Counted from the stretch's first letter, positions 46,954 to 57,010 are shown. The stretch is 64,000 bases of DNA from an uncultured Actinomycetota bacterium (GCA_963711015.1 CAVQCQ010000027.1:87015-151014); one strand, 5' to 3'. Numbers and translations: made by a program. Notes: generated by a model not told the origin, from the sequence alone.

Positions 46954-47038
46954 GGTTTCCCATGCTGCATGGGGAACTGACCGTTTCCACAGGAAACTTC
47001 CTATGGAGAGAGCCGGTTTCCCATGCAACATGGGGAAC
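46954..47038. repeat. cluster of three palindromic elements (GTTTCCCAT family)
   Basis: GGTTTCCCATGCTGCATGGGGAAC (46954-46977), GTTTCC-ACA-GGAAAC (46983-46997) and GGTTTCCCATGCAACATGGGGAAC (47015-47038). They lie between the convergent DUF3105 and manC stops. Confidence 0.8.
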
Positions 47039-47071
47039 TTGTGACAGATGGGGCTGCACCGAACGAGGGGG

Positions 47072-48151
47072 TCAGGCGTAGCTGCCGCCCAGCTGGTTGG
47101 TGACCTCGGCAACCAGCTCCTTGATCCGCTCGGCCTCGGTGACGGGGCAGACGAGAGTGATCTGCGGGGTCTGCACGATCACGGTGTCACTCAGCCCGAC
47201 CACGGCGATCAGCCGGCCGTCCTCGCTGTTGTTGATCACCAGGTTGTCCCGCGCGTCCACCAGCACGCTGACACCGTGCCGGGCGTTGCCCTGCTCGTCG
47301 CGCGGCAGCTGCTCGCTCAGCGACGCGAACCCGCCGACGTCGTGCCAGGTGATCGGCAGCCGAACGGCCACCACGGTCGCGCTGCCGGCGCCGCGGGAGA
47401 CCGGCTCCATCACCGCGTAGTCGACACTGATCTTGAGCAGCTGCGGGTAGATCTCCCCGATCCGCTCCGGAGCAGCGGCCAGCTCGGTGACCGCGGCGTG
47501 GGTCTGTGGCTGCAGCTGGGCCAGCTGGTCCAGCAGCGTTGCGGCGCGCCAGACGAACATCCCGGAGTTCCACCAGTACTCCCCCGAGGCGAGGTACGCC
47601 TCGGCCGTGGCCCGGTCCGGCTTCTCCTTGAACTCCGCGACCAGACAGGCATCCGGATGTCCGGGCAGCTCGTGGCCACGGTGCAGGTAGCCGTAGCCGG
47701 TGTGCGGCGACGTCGGCACGACGCCGAAGGTCACCAGCAGGTCGGCACGTTCCTCGGCCAGCGTGAACCCGGCCCGCAGCGCCCGCCGGAATGCGGCCAC
47801 CGGATGCATGATCTGGTCGGCGGTCACCACCGCCATCACCGCGTCCGGGTCGCGTGCGGCGAGCACCGCGGCCGGCCAGGCCACGGCGTTGAGCGAGTCC
47901 CGTCCCTCCGGCTCACCCAGAATGTTGTCCGGACCGAGCTCGGGCAGCTCGGCGGCCACCACGTCGGCGTAGTCGGCGCCGGTGCAGACCAGCACCTGCT
48001 CGGGCCGCACGAGACCGGTCAGTCGGTCGTACGCGATCCGCAGCAGGCTCTTGCCGCCGACCACCTTCAACAGCTGCTTGGGCATGTCCTGCCGCGACAA
48101 CGGCCAAAGTCGCTTGCCCGAGCCCCCGGCGACGATCAGGACGTAACGCAT
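47072..48151 (-). CDS. manC: mannose-1-phosphate guanylyltransferase
   Basis: 359 aa with MRYVLIVAGGSGKRLWPLSR, the nucleotidyltransferase P-loop typical of GDP-mannose pyrophosphorylase. Confidence 0.85.
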   Translation of the reverse strand: MRYVLIVAGGSGKRLWPLSRQDMPKQLLKVVGGKSLLRIAYDRLTGLVRPEQVLVCTGADYADVVAAELPELGPDNILGEPEGRDSLNAVAWPAAVLAARDPDAVMAVVTADQIMHPVAAFRRALRAGFTLAEERADLLVTFGVVPTSPHTGYGYLHRGHELPGHPDACLVAEFKEKPDRATAEAYLASGEYWWNSGMFVWRAATLLDQLAQLQPQTHAAVTELAAAPERIGEIYPQLLKISVDYAVMEPVSRGAGSATVVAVRLPITWHDVGGFASLSEQLPRDEQGNARHGVSVLVDARDNLVINNSEDGRLIAVVGLSDTVIVQTPQITLVCPVTEAERIKELVAEVTNQLGGSYA

Positions 48152-48192
48152 GACGGACAGATTAATCGTGGCCGCTCGTAGGATCGGCGCCG

Positions 48193-48903
48193 ATGACCAA
48201 GCTGATCAGTCAGGCTCTCCGGCGCCGCATACGCGAGCGCGGTGGCGACCCATTGATCACCTATTACGACCTGGACTCCGGCGAGCGCACCGAGCTGTCC
48301 GGAACCACCGTCGGCAACTGGGTCGACAAGACCTCCAACCTGCTGGCCGACGAACTGCTGCTGGACCCCGGAGACCAGGTCGAGCTGGCGCTGGCGGCAA
48401 GTCATCCCGGTCACTGGGTGACGCTGATCTGGCAGCTGGCGTGCTGGCAGGTCGGGGCGGTGGTCACCCTCGAGCACGCTCCGTCCGCGGCGGTACTGGT
48501 CGCCGGGCCGGACTCGGATGAGACCGTCCGTCCGAGCACGCCGGTCCTGCGCTGCTCCCTGCACCCGCTGGGCCTCGGTCTCGCGGCACCGCCGGATCCG
48601 CCGGTCCTGGACTACGCGGTCGAGGTCCGCGGCCAGCCCGACCAGCACGCCGCTGTGCCGCAGTCGGGACTGGCGTTGGCCTGGCTGTCGCCGGGCGTAC
48701 GCCGCACCCAGGCCGACCTGGTCGATCCCGCGTACGCCTCGGCGGCTCGGCGCCTGATCCGCCCGACCGACCCATGGACGACCACCAGGGACGGTCTGCT
48801 GGCACCGCTGATCGGCGGTGGCTCGTCAGTGCTGGTGGCCGGAGTCGGCGACCCTGACCGGGTGACGGCGATCGCGGAGCAGGAACGAGCGGAGACGCCC
48901 TAG
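48193..48903 (+). CDS. TIGR03089 family protein
   Basis: 236 aa with PLITYYDLDSGERTELSGTTVGNWVDKTSNLLADEL...HWVTLIWQLACWQVGA, which matches my memory of this actinobacterial family. Confidence 0.65.
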   Translation: MTKLISQALRRRIRERGGDPLITYYDLDSGERTELSGTTVGNWVDKTSNLLADELLLDPGDQVELALAASHPGHWVTLIWQLACWQVGAVVTLEHAPSAAVLVAGPDSDETVRPSTPVLRCSLHPLGLGLAAPPDPPVLDYAVEVRGQPDQHAAVPQSGLALAWLSPGVRRTQADLVDPAYASAARRLIRPTDPWTTTRDGLLAPLIGGGSSVLVAGVGDPDRVTAIAEQERAETP

Positions 48904-49952
48904 CGACGCCGGCCGAGAAGGAAGCCAGTGCCCCAGGACAGATGGGTCGCCGCCAGCACCAGCGGCAGCCGTGCCCGAGCGGCCGCACTGGTCCCCTCGG
49001 GGGCGGACGCGGTCCCGACGACGATCAGGACCAGATAGCCGAGCGGCGCGAGGAAGCCGGCCCTCAGCACGCGCGATCCGATGGCCAGCCCGAGCAGTCC
49101 GAGCAGGGTGCCACCGGTCAGCCCGAGCACCGTGACCGGCGGCGCCAGATAGCGCGGACTTGCGGTCTCGGGATGCCGCCGCACCAGCTCGCGGCGCCAC
49201 TGGCCGGTGTCGTACATCTGCCTCATCAGTGCACGCAACGACGAGCGCGGCCGGTAGGTCACCCGCAGGTCCGGTGAGAACCAGATCCGCCGGCCGTTCC
49301 GACGCAGCCGGTAGTTCAGCTCCCAGTCCTGGGCGCGGTGCATGGTCTCGTCGAACCCGCCCACGGCGAGCACCGCCTCCTTGCGGAACACCCCCAGGAA
49401 GACGGTCTCGGCCTCGCCGGCCGGAGCGTCGGCCAGGTGGAATGCTCCGCCGCCGAGGCCGAGCCGGGTCCGGTACGCCGTGGCCACCGCCTGCTCGAAC
49501 GGCGTCACTCCCTGGGCGTCCATCACCCCGCCGACGTTGGCGGCGCCGGTCTGCTCCAGCAGCTGCACCGCCCGCTGGATGTAGCCGTCCGTGAGCTCGC
49601 CGTGTCCGTCGACCCGAACCACGATGTCGTACGCGGCCGCCGCGATGCCCAGGTTGAGCGCATGCGGCGTCCGTGCCGCGGGATTGGGCACGACCCGGAT
49701 CCGCGGGTCGGCCGCCGCCAGCTCGGCGGCGAGCTGCTCGGTGCGATCGGTGCTGGGACCGACCAGCAGCAGCACCTCGAGAGGGCCGGGATAGTCCTGC
49801 AGCTGCACCCGGCCGACCGCCGCCTCAAGGTGCCGCTCCTCATTGAGCACCGGCATCACGACGCTGACCCCGGGCCAACTCTGCGCGGGGGGTTCGGGGG
49901 GTGTCCCCCCGGGATTGGACACGCGCTCAACACCCGAAATCACGCGAGACAT
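48900..49952 (-). CDS. family-2 glycosyltransferase with C-terminal membrane segment
   Basis: 350 aa with VSVVMPVLNEERHLEAAV...VVRVDGHGEL...RAQDWELNYRL, then hydrophobic helices. Confidence 0.8.
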   Translation of the reverse strand: MSRVISGVERVSNPGGTPPEPPAQSWPGVSVVMPVLNEERHLEAAVGRVQLQDYPGPLEVLLLVGPSTDRTEQLAAELAAADPRIRVVPNPAARTPHALNLGIAAAAYDIVVRVDGHGELTDGYIQRAVQLLEQTGAANVGGVMDAQGVTPFEQAVATAYRTRLGLGGGAFHLADAPAGEAETVFLGVFRKEAVLAVGGFDETMHRAQDWELNYRLRRNGRRIWFSPDLRVTYRPRSSLRALMRQMYDTGQWRRELVRRHPETASPRYLAPPVTVLGLTGGTLLGLLGLAIGSRVLRAGFLAPLGYLVLIVVGTASAPEGTSAAARARLPLVLAATHLSWGTGFLLGRRR

Positions 49953-49980
49953 CCTTGCAGCCGCCAGGCCGCTCGTCCGC

Positions 49981-51462
49981 TCAGGCAGCGCAGACCTTGG
50001 CCAGATCGTCGGTCTGGGCCGTACGCGACTGGCCGGCCTTCTTGACCTTCTTCTTCTTCTTGGGCTTGGTGCCGGCGGCGGGCGACGGGGTGACCTCGGG
50101 GTTCGCGAGACGCGCGTCGGCCGCCTCGGCGGCGGCGATCTTGTCGGCGACCGCGCTGTGCGCCACCGCGAAGTCGGGCTTGCTGGGAGAGATCAGCGGC
50201 GGCATCAAGGCCACGCTGGACAGTGGCAGCGTCTTGGCCTTCAGCGCCAGGTCGAGCAGGGTGTTCACGTCGCCGGCCGGGATGTCCGTGGCGACCACCC
50301 GCTTGCTCGCGGCGGCGATCCTGTTGAACTTGGTCAGCACGGTCACCGGGTCGAGCTGGTTGAGCATCGCCGTCATCACGCACTTCTGCCGCACGATCCG
50401 GTCGTAGTCGGAGGAGTCCGACCGCGACCGGGCGAACCAGAGCGCTTCGCGGCCATCGAGGTGCCGGTTCTTGCCGGCCTCGACGTACCCGCTGATCGGG
50501 CTCCCACCACCGCCGATCGGCACTCGGCGGTAGACGTCCATGGTGATCCCGCCGACCGCGTCGACGAGGGCCTCGAAACCCTTCAGGTCGATCAGCACCC
50601 AATAGTTGATCGGGATCCCCGTGGCGCCCTCGATCGCCTCCTTGGTCGCCTGTGCCCCAGGGTTGGCCACACCGGGGTAGAGGTTCTTGTGCGTGGTCGC
50701 GTAGGTGTAGATCGCGTTCAGCATGCAGGAGCCGTCCCGGCACTTGAAGCCCTTCGGGAACTTCCGGTGCAGCGGGGAGGACTCGGGGAACGGCGCGGCC
50801 ACGAGGTTGCGGGGCAGGCTGATCAACACCGTGCGGCCGGTCTCCGCGTCGACGCTGGCGATCGTCATGCTGTCCGGTCGTAGTCCGGACCGGTCCTTCC
50901 CGGCGTCGCCGCCCATCAGCAGGATGTTGTAGCGGCCCTGCTTGGCCTGCTGGTCGCCGCCGCCCGCGAACACCGCACCCATAAAGTCGCGCTGGGCGGA
51001 CACGATCGAGGCCGAGGCGACCAGGCCACCGGCAACGCTGAGCACAAGCGCCACGTTGAGAATCGAGAACGCCAGGCGGTGCCCGCGAGCGAGCTCCGGC
51101 GGACGGGAGATTCGCCAGGCGTCCAGCAGGAGCGCGATCAGGCCGAGGCCGAGCGCGATCACCAGTACCTGAACGGTGACCAAGGTCGCCGGTGAGGTGA
51201 ACAGGCGCACCGCGGCCTTGGGCCAGGTCAGGGCGACCAGCCCCACCAGCACGGCGAGCACCCACAGTCCGGCCCAGATCCGTAGTGCCATCCGGCCCAC
51301 CCGCCGGTTGCCCGCCGCGACCTGCGCCGAGCCGGGCAACAGCAGCGTCATGAGAAGGAAGGTCACCCCCCGGCGCAGCTTGACCCGATCGCTGCGCTGA
51401 CCGGCGCTCCGGAAGGACACGGCGACAGGGCGCACATTTTTGGGCGCGGCACGTTCAGACAC
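49981..51462 (-). CDS. LCP (LytR-CpsA-Psr) family protein
   Basis: 493 aa with an N-terminal multi-TM region, then YNILLMGGDAGKDRSGLRPDSMTIASVD...ISLPRNL, the LCP core. Confidence 0.85.
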   Translation of the reverse strand: MSERAAPKNVRPVAVSFRSAGQRSDRVKLRRGVTFLLMTLLLPGSAQVAAGNRRVGRMALRIWAGLWVLAVLVGLVALTWPKAAVRLFTSPATLVTVQVLVIALGLGLIALLLDAWRISRPPELARGHRLAFSILNVALVLSVAGGLVASASIVSAQRDFMGAVFAGGGDQQAKQGRYNILLMGGDAGKDRSGLRPDSMTIASVDAETGRTVLISLPRNLVAAPFPESSPLHRKFPKGFKCRDGSCMLNAIYTYATTHKNLYPGVANPGAQATKEAIEGATGIPINYWVLIDLKGFEALVDAVGGITMDVYRRVPIGGGGSPISGYVEAGKNRHLDGREALWFARSRSDSSDYDRIVRQKCVMTAMLNQLDPVTVLTKFNRIAAASKRVVATDIPAGDVNTLLDLALKAKTLPLSSVALMPPLISPSKPDFAVAHSAVADKIAAAEAADARLANPEVTPSPAAGTKPKKKKKVKKAGQSRTAQTDDLAKVCAA

Positions 51463-51615
51463 CTGAGGCCTCTCGGTCTGCAGTGGGGAAGAGAGTCTGA
51501 GGGTTCAGATGGAGGTCAGTATGTCCGCGCGTGACCTTGGCGGCGGCCGTGGCGCGCCGATAACGACTCAAGCTTTTCCCCGCTCGCGCCGATACCCCGC
51601 GGGTACCTTTGCCGT

Positions 51616-52836
51616 ATGCCCCCTAGCCGCGACGAGGATCTCGAATGGCTGTACGGGCGTAGTCGCGGCGGGTCCGGACCCGAGCCGACCCGGGTGATGC
51701 CGGCCCCGTGGGAGGGCACCCCAGCTGGCTCCGGAGGTCCGCAGCCTTCGACTCCCGCCCCGCCAGGCAATCTCGGCCGACCGGCGTACGGCGATCCGCA
51801 GCCGGGCGCCGCCGGGCAACCGCCGCCCTCTGGTCCTGGACAGCCACCGCCCAGCGCCGTCCGGCCGCCGCGCCGGCGGCACCCGGTGCGCAACACCTTC
51901 CGGGTGCTCGGCATCGTGCTGGCGTTGATCATCGTCTGGCTCGTCGGAGTGCCGGTGTACGCGTGGAGCCGGGTGGAGCGGGTGGACGCGACCCCGGATG
52001 GCCAACGACCGGCCAACCAGCCGGGACAGACCTTCCTGCTCGTCGGGTCGGACTCCCGCGAGGGGTTGACCAAAGCGGAGCAGAAGCGGCTCGGCACGGG
52101 TAGCACGGCAGGGCTGCGCACCGACACGATCATGCTCGTGCACGTGCCGCCCAGCGGGAAGCCGGTGCTGATCTCGCTACCGCGTGACTCCTACCTGCCG
52201 ATCCCGAAGCACAGCAGCAACAAGATCAACGCCGCGTACGCCTTCGGTGGCCCGGAGCTGCTCACCCAGACGGTGGAGGAGAACACCGGGCTGCGGGTCG
52301 ATGGCTACCTGGAGATCGGTTTCGGCGGCTTCGTCAACATCATCGACGCCCTCGGCGGGATCGAGATGTGCCTGCCGAAGGCGATCAAGGACCGGGACTC
52401 CCACCTCAACCTCCCGAAGGGCTGCCAGACCCTCAGCGGAGTGAACGCTCTCGGCTACGTCCGGATGCGCAAGGCCGACCCCAGGGGTGATCTCGGCCGG
52501 GTGGAGCGGCAGCGGGAGATGCTGGCCGCCATCGCGAAGGAGGGCGCCTCGCCGTCGTCGGTGCTCAACCCGGTCCGCTACTGGCGGCTGTGCAATGCCG
52601 CGGCCCAGGCGATCAGGATCGGTGAGGACACCTCGCTCGCCCAGGTGATCACCCTCGGCCTGGCGATGCGCAAGATCTCGGGCGGTGACGGGCTGACCCT
52701 GACCGTCCCGGTCTCCAATCCGGACGCATCCACCCCGGTCGGTTCGGCGGTGCTCTGGGACGAGTCCGAGGCCCGGGCGATGTTCCGCGACATCGCCCGC
52801 GGAGACACCTCGGATCTGGAGAAGTACGCCAAGTAG
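51616..52836 (+). CDS. LCP (LytR-CpsA-Psr) family protein
   Basis: 406 aa with a Pro-rich cytoplasmic N-terminus, one TM helix, then FLLVGSDSREG...RTDTIMLVHVP...ISLPRDSY. Confidence 0.85.
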   Translation: MPPSRDEDLEWLYGRSRGGSGPEPTRVMPAPWEGTPAGSGGPQPSTPAPPGNLGRPAYGDPQPGAAGQPPPSGPGQPPPSAVRPPRRRHPVRNTFRVLGIVLALIIVWLVGVPVYAWSRVERVDATPDGQRPANQPGQTFLLVGSDSREGLTKAEQKRLGTGSTAGLRTDTIMLVHVPPSGKPVLISLPRDSYLPIPKHSSNKINAAYAFGGPELLTQTVEENTGLRVDGYLEIGFGGFVNIIDALGGIEMCLPKAIKDRDSHLNLPKGCQTLSGVNALGYVRMRKADPRGDLGRVERQREMLAAIAKEGASPSSVLNPVRYWRLCNAAAQAIRIGEDTSLAQVITLGLAMRKISGGDGLTLTVPVSNPDASTPVGSAVLWDESEARAMFRDIARGDTSDLEKYAK

Positions 52837-52858
52837 GCGCCTCCCTCTCCCCTCGTTG

Positions 52859-54016
52859 TCACCGCCCCAAGAGCTGGCGGGCCATGACCACCCGCTGGAT
52901 CTGGTTGGTGCCCTCGTAGATCTGGGTGATCTTCGCATCGCGCATCATCCGCTCGACCGGGAAGTCTTTGGTGTAGCCGTAACCGCCGAGCAGCTGCACC
53001 GCATCGGTGGTGATCTCCATCGCCACATCCGAGGCGTAACACTTGGCCGCCGCGCCGAAGTAGGTCAGATCGGCGTCGCCCCGCTCCGACTTCGCCGCGG
53101 CGGCGTAGGTCAGCTGCCGGGCCGCCTCGACCTTCATGCCCATGTCGGCGAGCATGAACTGCAGACCCTGGAACTCCGCGATCGCCTTGCCGAACTGCTT
53201 GCGCTCCTTCACATAGCCCAACGCATAGTCGAGCGCCCCCTGGGCGATGCCGAGCGCCTGCGCGGCGATGGTGATCCGGGTGTGGTCCAGGGTCCGCATC
53301 GCGGTGGCGAAGCCGGTGCCCTCCTCGCCGATCCGCCGGGACTCCGGAACCCGCACCCGGTCCAGGTAGACCTCGCACGTCGGCGAGCCCTTGATCCCCA
53401 GCTTCTTCTCCGGTGCCCCGAAGGAAACCCCTTCGTCGTCGCGCTCGACCACGAATGCGCTGATCCCCTTCGACCGCGCGTTCGGGTCGGTGACGGCGAA
53501 GACGGTGTAGAACCGCGAGACACCGGCGTTGCTGATCCAGCGCTTCACCCCGTCGAGGACGTAGTGATCACCGTCGCGCACCGCCCGGGTCCGCATGCTC
53601 ACCGCGTCGGAGCCGGCCTCGGGCTCGGACAGGCAGTAGGAGGCCATCGCCTCCCCACTGGCCATCGGCGGCAGATAGGCCCGCTTGAGCTCCTCCGAGC
53701 CGGCCAGCAGCCAGGGCAGCGACGAGAGCTTGTTCACGGCGGGGATCAGCGAGGTCGACGCACACGCCCGGGCGATCTCCTCGATCACGATCACTGTCGC
53801 GAGCGCGTCGGCACCGACGCCGCCGTACGCCTCCGGCACGTGCGGGGCATGGAAGTCCGCCGCGACCAGCGCTTCGTAGCAGGCCTTGGGAAACTCGGCC
53901 AGCTCGTCGGTCTCGGCGGCGTACGGGGCGACCTTGGCGTCGCACACCTCGCGCACCGCCGCCCGGAACGCCTCGTGCTCCTCGGTCGGGCGGTAGAGGG
54001 CGTCGGCGTCGCTCAT
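52859..54016 (-). CDS. acyl-CoA dehydrogenase (FadE25-like)
   Basis: 385 aa with LSEPEAGSDA..., KRWISNAG, and YEGTNQIQRVVMARQLL at the C-terminus. Confidence 0.9.
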   Translation of the reverse strand: MSDADALYRPTEEHEAFRAAVREVCDAKVAPYAAETDELAEFPKACYEALVAADFHAPHVPEAYGGVGADALATVIVIEEIARACASTSLIPAVNKLSSLPWLLAGSEELKRAYLPPMASGEAMASYCLSEPEAGSDAVSMRTRAVRDGDHYVLDGVKRWISNAGVSRFYTVFAVTDPNARSKGISAFVVERDDEGVSFGAPEKKLGIKGSPTCEVYLDRVRVPESRRIGEEGTGFATAMRTLDHTRITIAAQALGIAQGALDYALGYVKERKQFGKAIAEFQGLQFMLADMGMKVEAARQLTYAAAAKSERGDADLTYFGAAAKCYASDVAMEITTDAVQLLGGYGYTKDFPVERMMRDAKITQIYEGTNQIQRVVMARQLLGR

Positions 54017-54105
54017 GGTCGCGAGCCTAGTTCGCTTCCGGTCGTGAACCGACCGTCCGGCAGCGGTGTAATGCCGGTATCAGCATCACCAGTGATGGGC
54101 AGCTG

Positions 54106-54618
54106 GTGGCCGACGTCCAGTCGGGTGACCTGGCGGCATTCGGCCACCTGGTACGTCGCCATGCCCCGATGGCGAAGCGGATGGCGGTGCTGTGGGGTGC
54201 CGGTGCGGACGCGGACGACGTGGTCCAGGACGCGTTCGTCAAGGCGTACGCGGCGCTGCCCCGGTTCCGCGCGGACGGCGAGTTCCGGGCGTGGTTGCTG
54301 ACCATCGTCCGGAACGAGACCCGGAACGTGTTCCGCAGCCGGGGCCGGCGCGCGGCCCGGGAGGAGCTGGCCCAACTCGACCCGGAGAGCTTCACCCTCG
54401 ATCCCGAGGCGCAGGCGCTGACCGCGGTACGCCGGGACGAGCTGCTCGCCCGGGTCCGTGCGCTGCCGGCCGAGCTGCGGGAGGTGGTGGCCTGCCGCTA
54501 CCTGCTGGAGCTGAGCGAGGCCGAGACCGCGACGGCGCTGCAGCTGCCGGCGGGCACGGTGAAGTCTCGGCTGCACCGGGCACTGGCGATCTTGCGGGAG
54601 GAGGTGACCGATGCCTGA
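54106..54618 (+). CDS. ECF-type RNA polymerase sigma factor
   Basis: 170 aa with DDVVQDAFVKAYAALPRFR...FRAWLLTIVRNE (region 2) and LSEAETATALQLPAGTVKSRLHRA (region 4). Confidence 0.85.
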   Translation: MADVQSGDLAAFGHLVRRHAPMAKRMAVLWGAGADADDVVQDAFVKAYAALPRFRADGEFRAWLLTIVRNETRNVFRSRGRRAAREELAQLDPESFTLDPEAQALTAVRRDELLARVRALPAELREVVACRYLLELSEAETATALQLPAGTVKSRLHRALAILREEVTDA

Positions 54619-55363
54619 GGAGTCCGACGTCCTGGTTGCCGAGCTCCAGGCCCTTGGCCGCAGCATCGTGGTCGAGCCGCCGGCCGAGGACCTGGCGGAG
54701 CGGGTGCTGGCCCGCCTGCCGGCCACGCCGCACCGGTCGCGCACCTCGTCCTGGCGGCGGGCGCGGCGCCGGCGGCTGATCGCGGTGATCATCGCTCTGG
54801 TGATCATCGGTCTCGGCCTGACCCCTCCGGTGCGCGCCGCGGTGGTCGAATGGCTGCGGATCGGTGGTGTGCTGATCCAGACCGCCCCGCCCGCCTCGGG
54901 CCCTCCACCGACGGCCGAGCCACCGCCGACGCAGGGCGCCGCGGTCACCTTGGATGAGGCCCAGGCGCTGGTGTCGTTCCAGCTCGGCGTGCCGGCGGGC
55001 CTCGGCACGCCCGACCGGATCGAGGTCTCGGCCGACCGCCGGGTGGTCTCGATGGACTGGACCTCCGGCAAGGTTCCGATCCATCTCGACCAGTTCGACG
55101 GGTCACTGGACTGGATCTTCGTCAAGAAGGTGCGTGGGGCGTACGAGGTCACCGCCGTGGGCGGCCGGGACGCCATCTGGTTCCCCACGGCGCACGAGGT
55201 CAGCTATGTCGACCGGGACGGGCAGCAACGGACCGAGGAAGCCCGCATCGCCGCCCCGTGCCTGGTGTGGGAGCGCCCGGCGGGTACGACCCTGGCCACC
55301 TTGCGGTTGGAGGGCGACATCGGGAAGGCCCGGGCGCTGGAGATCGCACGGTCGATCCACTAG
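54611..55363 (+). CDS. putative anti-sigma factor / DUF4367-like membrane protein
   Basis: 250 aa. Overlaps the sigma gene end. Single TM helix (LIAVIIALVIIGLGL) followed by an extracytoplasmic domain. The role is inferred from position. Confidence 0.55.
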   Translation: MPEESDVLVAELQALGRSIVVEPPAEDLAERVLARLPATPHRSRTSSWRRARRRRLIAVIIALVIIGLGLTPPVRAAVVEWLRIGGVLIQTAPPASGPPPTAEPPPTQGAAVTLDEAQALVSFQLGVPAGLGTPDRIEVSADRRVVSMDWTSGKVPIHLDQFDGSLDWIFVKKVRGAYEVTAVGGRDAIWFPTAHEVSYVDRDGQQRTEEARIAAPCLVWERPAGTTLATLRLEGDIGKARALEIARSIH

Positions 55364-55390
55364 CTGCTCTTACGCTGCGCTCCCCTCGGC

Positions 55391-55468
55391 CGTTTCCCAT
55401 CTTGAGATGGCAAAGAACCCCTTCAGGCGGCCACGGAGGGCACGTCTCCCATCTCGAGATGGCAAACG
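55391..55468. repeat. two 25-26-nt palindromic elements (GTTTCCCAT family)
   Basis: CGTTTCCCATCTTGAGATGGCAAAG (55391-55415) and CGTCTCCCATCTCGAGATGGCAAACG (55443-55468). They lie between the convergent anti-sigma and EI24-like gene ends. Confidence 0.8.
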
Positions 55469-55494
55469 AACCATCCCCGATGCCACAGAAAGGC

Positions 55495-56274
55495 TTACGC
55501 CGGTCGCGCCGGAGCCGAAACGGTGGACTCCTCCAGCAGCTGACGGGCCAGCAGCGTCCCGGCCGCCGTCGCGATCGGGAACACCAGCACGCCGGCGAAC
55601 GGAATCGCCAGCAGCAGGAAGCAGGGCACGCCCACCCCCAGCGCCCGCATCCGGCTACGCCGCAGGGCGGCGCGGCGGTCGGCCAACCTGACCAGTCCGC
55701 GACGCTCCAAGGTCGAACCGACCAGCTCGGTCGCCAAGATCCAGCCGCCGAAGGTGGCTGACGTGACCGGAACCAGGGTCTGCCCGATCACGGGAATGAA
55801 GCCGCAGCCGAACAGCACGATCGCGCCCAGCGCCGAGGTCGCGATCAGTGCGACGGACTGCCGCACCGCCCGGACGACTCCGACCCTCGCCGGCTCGTCC
55901 AGCTTCGGCACCTCGCCGAACTCCCGCTCGATGGACTCCGACAGCTTGTCGTACAGCGGCGACCCGAGCGCCAGGGTCAGCGTGGTGAACGAGATCACCA
56001 TGATCAACACCAGTCCGCCGAGCAGGGCGATTCCCGACAGGGTACGGGTGGTCCTGGCCAGACCAGGCTCCCAGTCGTCGGCGAACGGGGTCATCGCTCG
56101 CACCAGGCCATCCAGCTGGAGAACCACGACGACCAGCACTGCGGTGAAGACCAGCGACGTGATCAACGGCGGAATCGCCCCCAGCCCGAACAACCGCGGC
56201 CGGCGGGCGATCAGGCCCAGCCCGCGCGGCAACAGCGACGCCCCAGCGAAGAACTCGCTCACCGCACCAGCCAC
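55495..56274 (-). CDS. EI24/CysZ-like membrane protein
   Basis: 259 aa with FFAGASLLPRGLGLIARRPRLFGLGAIPPLITSLVF..., the typical N-terminus and TM layout of EI24-domain proteins. Confidence 0.65.
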   Translation of the reverse strand: MAGAVSEFFAGASLLPRGLGLIARRPRLFGLGAIPPLITSLVFTAVLVVVVLQLDGLVRAMTPFADDWEPGLARTTRTLSGIALLGGLVLIMVISFTTLTLALGSPLYDKLSESIEREFGEVPKLDEPARVGVVRAVRQSVALIATSALGAIVLFGCGFIPVIGQTLVPVTSATFGGWILATELVGSTLERRGLVRLADRRAALRRSRMRALGVGVPCFLLLAIPFAGVLVFPIATAAGTLLARQLLEESTVSAPARPA

Positions 56275-56347
56275 CAGGCGAGGCTAGCGAACCTCCTGGG
56301 GCCCGGCGGTGTTCAACACAACGAGCACCAACTCCAGGAGGTCACCG

Positions 56348-57010
56348 ATGAAGGTCCGCCGGCTCGTCGTCGCATTCGCTGCCCTGATCGCTGGGCCCAC
56401 CGCCTGGGTGGCCGGCGCCGTACCGGCCCACGCCGGCGGCCCGACCAGCGTGCTGCTGTCCAACCCGTCCGAGGGGCGGGTCGGGGCGATCCACCAGAGC
56501 CAGTCCGACTACCAACGGCTGGTCGAGCTGGTCGGAGCCTACGACCCCGTCGCGGGAGACACCGCCCGGCCGGCCGCCGTCACCGACACGGCGGACACGT
56601 ATCGGATGACCTGGATGATCCACGACATGTCCGTTTGGCGGATCGATCTCGTCTACGAGACCCCCGACGGGATCTGGGTCGAGACCAAAGTCGACCCGAC
56701 CGGCGCGGGCGACATCTTCGCCCGCGAAGCGCGATGGACCGAGCTCCCGCGCAGTGACAAGGCGGCGCTCAGCGCGGTCTTCCGCAACGCGGGAATCCTC
56801 GATAGCTCCCCGGTGAAGGAAGCCGTGCCCGTCGAGCCGGCACCCGAGGTGGCGGCCGGAGACGTGAGCACCGCCCCGTCCGGCCCCAATGTGGGCATCG
56901 TGGCGGTCGGGGCCGGGCTGGCCGGCCTGGCGATCGGAGCCGGCGGCATGCTGCTGCTGCGCCGCGCGCGCCCGACATCGCCTCGGCCGGGCACCGTGCT
57001 GACCGGCTAG
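56348..57010 (+). CDS. hypothetical secreted protein with C-terminal TM anchor
   Basis: From ATG 56348: [29 protein letters not shown] signal peptide, a globular region, then [26 protein letters not shown]. Confidence 0.55.
   Translation: MKVRRLVVAFAALIAGPTAWVAGAVPAHAGGPTSVLLSNPSEGRVGAIHQSQSDYQRLVELVGAYDPVAGDTARPAAVTDTADTYRMTWMIHDMSVWRIDLVYETPDGIWVETKVDPTGAGDIFAREARWTELPRSDKAALSAVFRNAGILDSSPVKEAVPVEPAPEVAAGDVSTAPSGPNVGIVAVGAGLAGLAIGAGGMLLLRRARPTSPRPGTVLTG

Noticed and set aside
54044-54072. ECF-type promoter (TGAACC - 15 nt - GGTGTAAT) upstream of the sigma factor gene
   Set aside because: This rests on a single loose match to a degenerate consensus, with no second line of evidence, so I did not report it as a feature.
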